Origin: Candidatus Jordarchaeia archaeon | GTDB lineage: Archaea; Asgardarchaeota; Jordiarchaeia; Jordiarchaeales; Jordiarchaeaceae | Reading direction: 5' to 3' | Assembly: GCA_029856435.1 (NCBI GenBank) | Contig: JAHQXB010000123.1 | Location: 1 to 60,269 of the forward strand | Length of the DNA: 60,269 nucleotides | In this document: positions 20,171-28,717 of the stretch, piece after piece | How positions within the stretch are numbered: position 1 is the stretch's first letter | Layout of the letters: each line of letters starts with the position of its first letter | Notes under the pieces: model-generated | Database searches by the model: none | Seen by the model: the letters and a program-made list of their open reading frames with translations, nothing else | Told to the model about the DNA's origin: nothing | Made by a program: the position numbers and the translations under genes

Positions 20171-21865
20171 TTATTTAAGAGCTGCCTCCACCTCCGCAAG
20201 TATCTGTTCATCCTTAAAGCCCTTCATGATTATTGCTTTTGAGGGGCAAGCGGCGGCACATGTACCGCAGCCTCGGCATGTGGCTTCTATCACCATAGAT
20301 TTTCCCTCCGCAAAGGTGATGGCGTGAACTGGGCAAAGGTCTAGGCACAGTTGGCATCCAATGCATAAATCTTCATTAACCTCAGCGGTTATGGCCGGTA
20401 TCTTTACTTTTTTATGTAGCATGGGAGTCGCTGCCAGCGCTGCTGCGGCATATGCTTGGGTTATACTTTCATCGATACTTTTGGGTCCCTGGGCGGTTCC
20501 ACAAACATATATGCCATTAACACCTAAGGTTGTTGACCGCATTTCCATGTAGGCTTCTCTGAAGAAGCCGTCGGAACCCAAAGGAACTTTGAGAATTTTT
20601 GCAATTTCTTTTACGTCCACGTTGGGAACAAGTGGTGTGGATAGGACAACCAAATCACTATCAATGGTTAAGGTCTCACCCAGTAAAGCGTGATAAATCT
20701 TAACTTCTAATTTGCCGTTCCCATTAGGAACTACTTCTGGGCGGCGCTCCGGGGTGTATTCTATAAATTTTATTCCCAGCTCTCTTGCCTTTGACTGGTA
20801 TTCCTCGTTCTCCTTACCGTAGGTTTGTAGATCACGGTAAATTATGTAGACCTCACAGTCGGGATACATTTTTTTTATCAGAGTGGCGTTTTTAATTGCA
20901 ACCATACAGCATATTCTGGAACAGTAGGTTAATCCTTTTTCTTCCCGGGCTCCTACGCACTGTATCATAACAACTTTCTGGGGGTGTTTCAATTTTCCTT
21001 GTTTTAGAATCTGCTCCAATTCCAGCTGAGTAACAATTCCCTCATGTTTCCCGTAACCATACATTCCAAAGGGTTCAAATGCCTCTGCTCCCGTTGCCAG
21101 AATTATGGTTCCCGCTCTAAATTTTTCTGTTCCTCCATTAAAGGAAACTGTAACTTCAAAGTCACCGAAGTATCCCTCTACCTCCTTTACAGATGCTGAT
21201 GTGAGGATTCTAATGTTTTTATGGTTTCTCACCGACTGGATTACTGGATTCAGAATTTCCGAAACTTCCTGATTGGTAAGATATAGCTTATAGAGTTTCT
21301 TTAACATGCCACCGATGTCCGGCTCCTTCTCAACTATGAGTACATTGAAGCCCTGATTGGCTAGGCAGAGGGCTGCTGTCATTCCCGATATCCCGCCTCC
21401 AATAATCAGTGTGGAAGGGTGTACCTCTATTTCCAATTCCTGCAGAGGCTCCGATTTTTGAAGCCACGCCACAGCCATTCGCACAGTATTAATAGCTTTC
21501 ATAGTGGCTTCCTTTGGCTTGTCCTGATGCGCCCAGGCGCACTGTTCCCTGATGTTTGCAAAGGCAACAAGATACCTGTTAATCCCTGCTTTTTGGCAAA
21601 CAGATTCGAAAAGTGAACCATAGTTTTTGGGAGAGCAACCCGCGAAGACAACCCGATTCACTCCGCTCTTCTTTATAATTTCCTTTATCTTTCTTGTTCC
21701 AGCGGTGGAGCAGAGTGAATTATCTCTTTCCACAAATACAACCCCGGATATTCCTTTTGAAGCTTCGATGACTTGGGGAACATCAATGATGCCACTGATA
21801 TTTGCTCCACAATCACAGAGGAATACTCCAATTCTTGACTCTTGGTTAAGGCTAGCTTCACTCAT
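20171..21865 (-). CDS. hdrA: HdrA-like flavoprotein, half-B type (564 aa)
   Basis: RIGVFLCDCGANI, GGGISG, no ferredoxin insert, YCSRICC, C-terminal CIGCQLC/CRGCGTC. Confidence 0.92.
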   Translation of the reverse strand: MSEASLNQESRIGVFLCDCGANISGIIDVPQVIEASKGISGVVFVERDNSLCSTAGTRKIKEIIKKSGVNRVVFAGCSPKNYGSLFESVCQKAGINRYLVAFANIREQCAWAHQDKPKEATMKAINTVRMAVAWLQKSEPLQELEIEVHPSTLIIGGGISGMTAALCLANQGFNVLIVEKEPDIGGMLKKLYKLYLTNQEVSEILNPVIQSVRNHKNIRILTSASVKEVEGYFGDFEVTVSFNGGTEKFRAGTIILATGAEAFEPFGMYGYGKHEGIVTQLELEQILKQGKLKHPQKVVMIQCVGAREEKGLTYCSRICCMVAIKNATLIKKMYPDCEVYIIYRDLQTYGKENEEYQSKARELGIKFIEYTPERRPEVVPNGNGKLEVKIYHALLGETLTIDSDLVVLSTPLVPNVDVKEIAKILKVPLGSDGFFREAYMEMRSTTLGVNGIYVCGTAQGPKSIDESITQAYAAAALAATPMLHKKVKIPAITAEVNEDLCIGCQLCLDLCPVHAITFAEGKSMVIEATCRGCGTCAAACPSKAIIMKGFKDEQILAEVEAALK

Positions 21866-23208
21866 GCTTTACTCCTCCCCATTTTTGCCAAAGTAATGGC
21901 TTCTGTAACCCTCCCCGCAGCGGCACTGGCTTGAGTGGCAGATTCAGATATCCCTCTAGGTCCCCTACAGTAACCGCAGGTAAAAACACCTTTTAGGGTG
22001 GTGTCAAAGGGCTGTGACACTGGATTTGGACTTTTAAAGAAACCATGTTCATCTAATTCCAGACCTAAAAACTCAGCTAATCTTCTATTATTAGGGTGGG
22101 GCAGTAGGGCAGGAGATAGAACCACCATTTCCACTCTTAACTTCTCCGCCCTCTGGGTGAGCGTATTTTCAAAACTAATGATAAGATCCCTTGTTTCTGG
22201 ATCCTCCCATATTCCCCCTGGGCGGCCCCTAATATAGTTTACACCTAGACTGTTTCTAACCTTGTTGAAAAGTTCTTGGTAACCCTTTCCAAAAACTCGG
22301 AGATCTATGTAGAAAACATAAACCTCTGTTTCTGGTTTTAAAATTTTTACTAGGGCGGCGTCCTTAGCAGTGTACATACAACATATTCCGGAGCAGAAAT
22401 TGTTATTTGTCCTTCTACTTCTTGACCCCACGCATTGAATGAAGGCTATACTTTTTGGCTCTTTTTTGTCTGAAATTCTAACAATTTTACCTCGTGTGGG
22501 GCCGTGTATACTGGTCATTTGTTCAAGGTCAAGGATGGTGATGACATTCTTGTACCTCTTGTATCCATATTCTTTTATTCTGCTTGGATCAAAGAGAGAA
22601 AGCCCAGTTGCAAGGATTATGGCTTCACTTTTAATCCCAATCATCATTTCTTCGTCATTGAAATTTATTGCCGCAGAGGGACAGGCCTCTGAACATTTTT
22701 CGCAAGTTCCACTCCTAAAATGTAAGCAATCCTCTCTATCAATGATTGGAACTTGAGGGAATGCTTGGGGAAGAGGGAAGTGGATAGCCTTCTTTCTCCC
22801 TTTAACCATGTTGAATGCATCAAAAATTTCAACTGGGCACTTTTCGGTACAGGCACCGCACCCAGTGCATTTATCTTCATTAACAAAACGTGGCCTTTTT
22901 AAAACATTTAGCTGGAAGTTTCCAGCAGAACCAGAAATACCCATAATTTCGGCATTTGTAAGAATCTTAATATTTGGGTGGTGGTAGCACTCAACTATCT
23001 TAGGTATAACCGGACAGATGGAACAATCCATAGGAACTTCTAGGCGGCAGGAGGAGCAGTTTAGTTCGATAATCCGCCCCCCTATACTGGGTTTTTCCTC
23101 AACCAAATAGACAAGTATTCCTAAATTTGCCATTTCTAATGCTGCCTGTATTCCCGCAACTCCCCCACCAATTATAGTGACAGAACCCGCTTTTTCCAAA
23201 TGAATCAT
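21862..23208 (-). CDS. hdrA: HdrA-like flavoprotein, half-A type with extra CxxC motif
   Basis: GGGVAG, NCSSCRLEVPMDCSIC, ferredoxin insert, FCSGICCMYTAK; ATG at 23208 after GGAGGGGG. Confidence 0.9.
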   Translation of the reverse strand: MIHLEKAGSVTIIGGGVAGIQAALEMANLGILVYLVEEKPSIGGRIIELNCSSCRLEVPMDCSICPVIPKIVECYHHPNIKILTNAEIMGISGSAGNFQLNVLKRPRFVNEDKCTGCGACTEKCPVEIFDAFNMVKGRKKAIHFPLPQAFPQVPIIDREDCLHFRSGTCEKCSEACPSAAINFNDEEMMIGIKSEAIILATGLSLFDPSRIKEYGYKRYKNVITILDLEQMTSIHGPTRGKIVRISDKKEPKSIAFIQCVGSRSRRTNNNFCSGICCMYTAKDAALVKILKPETEVYVFYIDLRVFGKGYQELFNKVRNSLGVNYIRGRPGGIWEDPETRDLIISFENTLTQRAEKLRVEMVVLSPALLPHPNNRRLAEFLGLELDEHGFFKSPNPVSQPFDTTLKGVFTCGYCRGPRGISESATQASAAAGRVTEAITLAKMGRSKA

Positions 23209-23224
23209 TCCCCCTCCTTCAAAT

Positions 23225-24115
23225 TTACTTAATTTTTTCAAGAAGCGGAGATGGGTCTATCTTATGGATATTCATTCCTAGTTCTCGGGACTCAATTCCC
23301 AGCGCTAACCCCAACAAATCTGTGTAATTAAGCACAGGTATATTGTACGATTCTCCTGTTCTTCTTTTGAAAAGAAGCTGCCCCATCTCAATCTGTAGAA
23401 AACAGTAGGGACACGTTACAACCACACAATCCGCCTTAGCTTCCAACGCGCTTTCCAGAATATCTACACTTAATTTTAGGGCGGCTTCCTCCGCCACCTC
23501 TCCGAAAAAGCTCCCACATCCTATGCAGCACCCCGTCCTCTCCCTATGCAGGACACTAGTAGCCCCCGTAATATTGATAAGCTCATCAAGCTTTTCAGGA
23601 AACTCTGTATCATCAAAGGACAAGTATTCTCGGGGTCTAATAAGGTGGCAACCGTAAAAAGGAGCAGCCTTGATCCCCTTAAGTGGTTTAGAAACTTGGT
23701 TTTTTAGGTTTTTAGGGCCGATGTCTTCGTACAGGGCAGTGGTTGAATGTTTAATGCCCACTTCACCTTGATAAGATCTTCCTACGGTGGCTAGGAGCTC
23801 ATCTACCCGACGCCTAAGATCTCCATTTTCAGACATGAGTTTCTTTGCCCGCCAAAGATTACCGTAACAGCTCACACAAAGTGTCAAAACATCCCTATCA
23901 AGTTCATCGGCAACGCAGAGATTTCTAGAAGTTAGTGCAAGTCCAGTCGTATAGTCGAAGGAATGAACCAAACAAGCGGGCATACAGCAAGTAAAATCCT
24001 CCACATCGTAAAGTTCCACATCTAAAACTTCAAAAACCTTCCGAGCGGAGACTTCGCAGCTAAATTCCCTAGCTGAGGTTACGCATCCTGGAAAAAGCGA
24101 ATATTCCAAATTCAC
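23225..24115 (-). CDS. hdrB: HdrB-like, divergent CCG motifs
   Basis: PGC...TCCMPAC...CVSC and FYGCH...GCCIGCG...CPYC. Confidence 0.9.
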   Translation of the reverse strand: MNLEYSLFPGCVTSAREFSCEVSARKVFEVLDVELYDVEDFTCCMPACLVHSFDYTTGLALTSRNLCVADELDRDVLTLCVSCYGNLWRAKKLMSENGDLRRRVDELLATVGRSYQGEVGIKHSTTALYEDIGPKNLKNQVSKPLKGIKAAPFYGCHLIRPREYLSFDDTEFPEKLDELINITGATSVLHRERTGCCIGCGSFFGEVAEEAALKLSVDILESALEAKADCVVVTCPYCFLQIEMGQLLFKRRTGESYNIPVLNYTDLLGLALGIESRELGMNIHKIDPSPLLEKIK

Positions 24116-24609
24116 CCTCTAACCCTCCAGGTTGAGCTTTTCTCAGTTATAATATTAATCTCTCTTAATGCCTTCTTTGAAACAGTTTCCCCAATCTTAG
24201 GCAGTCCCAGCGCTTCCCGTTTCCTGTCCCGCGCCGGTGTGACCTCCAGTGTCCGTCCAGACCTCAAAATCTGCTTTATTAGGTTAGTGGGCTGCTTAGG
24301 GAAATATCCCCTCTCAACAGCTAGGTTTCGGGTCAAGAGAAAAATTTCCGTAGTTTTTATACCTTGAGGGCATCGTTCATAGCATGAGTAGCACCAAGCG
24401 CACAGCCAAAGTTCATCCTCAGTTAATGTTTTGCTCAAGTCAAAGAAAATTTTCTGCAGCAATCCCCTAGGGTTAAAGCTCTCAGGGATCACCTTTGCCA
24501 CAGGGCAGCTAGCTGTACAAGTACCACACCCGTAACAGTACCTCAGTTTTTCAGCGTCTATTGACTTCTGTAAGATTTCTTTTGAAATACTTGCTATTTC
24601 CGCCTTCAA
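24112..24609 (-). CDS. hdrC: HdrC-like, first gene of the large operon
   Basis: CYGCGTCTASCP and WLCAWCYSCYERCPQG; TTG start after GGAGG. Confidence 0.9.
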   Translation of the reverse strand: MKAEIASISKEILQKSIDAEKLRYCYGCGTCTASCPVAKVIPESFNPRGLLQKIFFDLSKTLTEDELWLCAWCYSCYERCPQGIKTTEIFLLTRNLAVERGYFPKQPTNLIKQILRSGRTLEVTPARDRKREALGLPKIGETVSKKALREINIITEKSSTWRVRG

Positions 24610-24675
24610 TTACCCTTTTTTCCTCCTTGAAAATTTATGGTGAATGAATGTGATAGGATAAATTAGTTATACTTT

Positions 24676-24687
24676 CTTATATATTTT
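24676..24687 (-). promoter_or_regulatory. Putative TATA box of the hdr operon (AAAATATATAAG)
   Basis: TATA-like element about 70 bp upstream of hdrC in an AT-rich divergent intergenic region. Confidence 0.35.
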
Positions 24688-25026
24688 ACTTAATAGTACT
24701 AATAACGGATTTTTTTAGGAAAAAATATTCGCTTTTAGGAAAAAAAAGTTTAAAAATGTTCAAAAAAAGTACAAAAAGGGACTAAGACCTCAATTTTGCT
24801 TGTCTTCTATAGATTGTTTTGGAGAACCTTTTGACCGAAATAATAATATTGTTAGGTGTTTCGACGAGCTTTTTCTGAATCTCTTTTTAAAGTGAATTAT
24901 TCTAATTCGGATTTTTTAGGACAGCAAAATTTTTTAATAAATAGTATATTATTACAACATATAATAACAATACATTTTTCTTAATAAGTATTCAAATTGT
25001 AAATTTTTTTAAGGAGGCGTCAAGGA

Positions 25027-25512
25027 ATGAGATCACTAACTGAAGAAATTCCCATCGAAATAGAACAGGTGACAGAGTACGATTATGATGATGTGACAAA
25101 GTTAATGCTCTGTTTATGCGAATTTATGGGAACAAAATTCGACGAAGATCGCTGGCAGAACACCTTCGAAAAACATGTTCTCGAGCCAGAAAATTGTGCG
25201 GGATTCATTGCAAGAAGAGGGGACACCCCCGTAGGTATGGTTTTTGTGGAGATTAAAGGCAAATCAGGTCTCATAAAAAACGTGTACATTATCCCTGAGG
25301 AAAGAAACACTGTGACTATTGGACCCGCTAGATTTCCCAAGTCAGATACATCCTTAGGAGAGCTTCTCCTGCAAAAGGCCATTGATTTTATACGCGAAAA
25401 GGGAGGCAAAGAAGCACTAATTAATCTAAAGAAAGGTGTGAAACCCGCAGAGAAACTATACCAAAGAATGGGATTCACGGAGAAATACGTAGTCCTATCC
25501 AAAAAAGTATAA
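25027..25512 (+). CDS. GNAT family acetyltransferase
   Basis: FIARRGDTPVGMV, IKNVYIIPEER...LGELLLQKA, PAEKLYQRMGF. Confidence 0.85.
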   Translation: MRSLTEEIPIEIEQVTEYDYDDVTKLMLCLCEFMGTKFDEDRWQNTFEKHVLEPENCAGFIARRGDTPVGMVFVEIKGKSGLIKNVYIIPEERNTVTIGPARFPKSDTSLGELLLQKAIDFIREKGGKEALINLKKGVKPAEKLYQRMGFTEKYVVLSKKV

Positions 25513-25567
25513 AAAGAACAACTCTCCCTCAATATTCCAAAAATTTTTCATTCAATATCCTTAGTAA

Positions 25568-25701
25568 CTTGACAATGTCAAATTTGGTTCGTTGCTGCTT
25601 GTTTCTCACTGTTTTTTATCTTTTAAGTAAGGAAAAGTGCTTTCCCCGCCGCTCTTAGTGGCACTAAAAATGGGAATCGGCTCAAATTTAACATTGTCAA
25701 G
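25568..25701. mobile_element. 134-bp MITE with 19-bp TIRs and 4-bp TSD (GTAA)
   Basis: CTTGACAATGTCAAATTTG vs reverse complement CTTGACAATGTTAAATTTG (18/19). GTAA lies immediately on both sides (25564-67, 25702-05). Confidence 0.8.
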
Positions 25702-25966
25702 GTAAGGAAGCTTCATTAAACCGTGTGGAGGTTAAATAATAGAAAAATAAGAAAGAACAATAAATTTTATCCAACCCAGAAAAGGTGTTGCGGAAGACAC
25801 CAACGGATGGATAGACTTTACAAATAATAGTGTGGACCTCCGAAATGTAGCCAAAAATCTAGTAGTAGATGCATTTCTTTTTGATATCATCAATTTTTGA
25901 CTTCCAAAAACCTTTTATTTATGAATTTTGTAATTATACTACAGAAAATTTTAAGATAATAAAAAT

Positions 25967-26428
25967 GTGGTGAACCTTTTGATTCACGCCATATACATAC
26001 TTTCAAGCGAGGGAAAACCACTATTCATTAAAGAAAACTCCAAGAGAGACATAAATATCAATGAACTTGTCAACTTCGTCTCCGCACTCTCAGACTTCTC
26101 CAGCGTTTTCACAGAAAAAAAGAGCGACAATGGCCTCTCCTCATTCGTCATAGGCGAAAATGGATTCATATTCCACAAAGACACAAACTTCACAATGATA
26201 GCACTAATTGACCCCCAACAGGAGCCATCAGACATTTCCAAATTCAAAAAAATCTACAAAAAATTCCAAGAGAAGTACGACACTCTATTCAAGGATGGAA
26301 AAAACAACAAAAAAGAACTAGAATACCTAGAAAGTGAAATCCAAAAAATACTTGAGGGAAACAATCTAGATCGCATAATAAACTTCAAAGCCATAGAAGA
26401 CCTTCTCTGGAGTAACCTGAAAAACTAA
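25967..26428 (+). CDS. Longin-like domain protein
   Basis: IHAIYILSSEGKPLF beta-hairpin, helix LVNFVSALSDFS, three strands (SFVIG, FIFHK, TMIALI), then C-terminal helices: longin-type topology. Pattern-based only. Confidence 0.65.
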   Translation: MVNLLIHAIYILSSEGKPLFIKENSKRDININELVNFVSALSDFSSVFTEKKSDNGLSSFVIGENGFIFHKDTNFTMIALIDPQQEPSDISKFKKIYKKFQEKYDTLFKDGKNNKKELEYLESEIQKILEGNNLDRIINFKAIEDLLWSNLKN

Positions 26429-26535
26429 TAAACAGAAATCAACAAAAAATTACGCATGAAACGTGTAACCCTAATAGAGAGAGGGAAAGCGAAAAAACCC
26501 GCAAAAATCCGGATCCAACAACCCCCATTCAAGCT

Positions 26536-27105
26536 CTAACCTAGATTTATAATCCCGCTTCTTATAATAGCTCTAGAAAGTAGGCGTGCGGTCTTCAAGG
26601 GTTCAGGAACAGAGCCCTGAAGAGTAAACTTGTTCAAAACCCTCACCGCCTCCTCCCTACTCAGCCCCAAGTAACGCACAAAAATCTCATAACCCGTATT
26701 AAGCCTAAGGGGCTCCCTATCCCCCAGTCTACTATAAATCTTCAGCCTTTCCTCCCAATCTGAAAAGTATTCTTTAAAGTATTTCTCTAATCCCTCAGAC
26801 TCCTCGTAAGTCACACACACCAAAGGTATACCCAGCTCGCCATACACCCGATTCAAATCCACAATGTTAAACCAACTAATGACACAACCATTCAAAAACA
26901 AAAACCTAATATCACTTCTATCAAGCACCCGATAAAGATTAAGCACTCCCTCAGTGGCGTCCAATCCTCCCACAGTAACTTTCGAGAAGGCAAAGCCATC
27001 AATCTGAAGATCCCCCCTCATAACCACACCTGCGAGAACTGAATGCTTGCTAGCACCCTTAACAAAACTCTCCGCCACACCCAAAACCCTAACACCAGTC
27101 TTCAA
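26536..27105 (-). CDS. DUF99 family (endonuclease V-like) protein
   Basis: RVLGVAESF...LAGVVMRGDLQIDG...TVGGLDAT...GCVISWFNIVD...GSVPEPLKTARL; probable TTG start at 27105. Confidence 0.88.
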   Translation of the reverse strand: MKTGVRVLGVAESFVKGASKHSVLAGVVMRGDLQIDGFAFSKVTVGGLDATEGVLNLYRVLDRSDIRFLFLNGCVISWFNIVDLNRVYGELGIPLVCVTYEESEGLEKYFKEYFSDWEERLKIYSRLGDREPLRLNTGYEIFVRYLGLSREEAVRVLNKFTLQGSVPEPLKTARLLSRAIIRSGIINLG

Positions 27106-27183
27106 AAAAATCAACCCCAAAACAAAAGAAGTAAAAAACAAAAATAAACCTTTCACCCCCTAAAAGCCGCCACAAAAACCAGT

Positions 27184-27543
27184 TCACTCACCCGGAACCT
27201 TAGAATCAGAAGTCACAATTTTAGTTAAAGCATTCTTAGCATACCAAACACATTCATAAGTCAAAAAATAATCCCCGCTGCAAAAAGCCCGCTGAGCCTC
27301 CCTAACCTTCTCCTCAGCCAAATTCAAAAGCTTCAAATCCCTATTCGGCTCCCCCCTCTTCACATTAGGTCCAGAAGGCGGTTCCATCTCCTCCAAATCA
27401 TGCAGGAGAACCAACTTAATGAGAAAAAGCTCCAAACTGGCTCGAGCCATCCAAGCCTCTAGCTTCAAACCCTCAACATCATCAGCAGACCTAGCCCTAC
27501 CGATATGCTCCAGAACTTCCCCCAACAACTCTTCCATAAACAT
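27184..27543 (-). CDS. Hypothetical all-helical protein
   Basis: 119-aa ORF with amphipathic helices, co-oriented with DUF99. Confidence 0.65.
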   Translation of the reverse strand: MFMEELLGEVLEHIGRARSADDVEGLKLEAWMARASLELFLIKLVLLHDLEEMEPPSGPNVKRGEPNRDLKLLNLAEEKVREAQRAFCSGDYFLTYECVWYAKNALTKIVTSDSKVPGE

Positions 27544-28005
27544 TTCACTCCAACTATTGCCTAGGGTTAAACACGGTAATTACTAAAACCATATAAAATT
27601 TGCTTCTAAAAGAATAAAAATAGGAAGGAATGCAGACATCACAGAATATTCAAGCTACCCTTTCTAGAATTTTTTTGATTTTTTTGACAAAACCCTATAC
27701 ACTAAGCGTCCCAGATGAAATAGGAAAAAAGTTTTTTTATAGTAAATGCCCATACGCTCCGCGGTTCAGATAAAGGGCGAAAATTTTTTCAAAGCAAAAT
27801 GTTAGATGTAGAAAAATTAGAGAACCGTCCTCCCACTAACGAAAAGAGCCAGTAAAAAAGAAATACATGAAACTTTTACCTTATACGAAAAACAAATATT
27901 ACACCCTACTAACATATTTACACAAAAGATAAAATCTTGAAAAAAGTGTAAAGCAAAACCAAAACCAAAGCGGTTCCAAAACAACTAAACACAGGATGTG
28001 GAAAA

Positions 28006-28545
28006 ATGTCCAAAGAAGTAAAAACAGCAAAAGAACTAATGTACAAAGTAATTCTAGCAGGCGACGGAGCCGTAGGCAAAACTAGCCTAATTGAAAAATT
28101 CGTCACTGGAAAATTCGAGACAGATTACAGGATGACTCTGGGAACAAATATTTTCGCAAAAAGTCTCACTGTTGAAGGCGCCTCCGTTAAACTCATCATT
28201 TGGGACCTGGCGGGGCAGCCCCACTTTAAACATGTAAGATCGGGATTCTATTTGGGTGCGGTTGGTGCACTTTTAGTTTATGATGTTACCCGTAGGTCAA
28301 CTTTGGACAATCTTGAGAATTGGAGAACTGAAATGATGAATAATACAGATGATGTTGCATCAGTGGTGGTTGTCGGCAACAAGTGTGATTTGAAGAATCT
28401 CAGGGAAGTTAAAAGGAGTGAAGGGGAAGAGTACGCGAAGAGTTTGGGTGCGCCATTCTTTGAAACTTCAGCCAAGGAAGGAGATAATGTAGAAGCTGCT
28501 TTTTTGGCACTAGCTAAGGGTATTATTCAAAGTAAGGGCGTCTGA
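28006..28545 (+). CDS. Rab-like small GTPase
   Basis: G1 GDGAVGKT, G2 YRMT, G3 WDLAGQ, FYLGA, LVYDVT, G4 NKCD, G5 ETSAK; no C-terminal prenylation Cys. Confidence 0.93.
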   Translation: MSKEVKTAKELMYKVILAGDGAVGKTSLIEKFVTGKFETDYRMTLGTNIFAKSLTVEGASVKLIIWDLAGQPHFKHVRSGFYLGAVGALLVYDVTRRSTLDNLENWRTEMMNNTDDVASVVVVGNKCDLKNLREVKRSEGEEYAKSLGAPFFETSAKEGDNVEAAFLALAKGIIQSKGV

Positions 28546-28717
28546 TTCTATCCAACGTTTTTGTTGCATTTGGCTTCCTCTACGCATTTTTGACCTCTCT
28601 GCTTATTAAGTGTGCCTCTTGGGTTTTTGGTTAATCTTTATTCAGGATTCGCTTCGTTGTAGCTTGTTGTTTTGTTGATGTGGGTCGTGAAAAGGTTTGC
28701 TAAAGGGGTTATTTGAA

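Noticed and set aside
1970-24609. Selenocysteine recoding in hdrA/mvhD, as known in some Asgard archaea and methanococci
   Set aside because: All Hdr/Mvh ORFs are continuous with Cys (or Ser) at the relevant positions. No in-frame TGA is needed and no SECIS was recognised.
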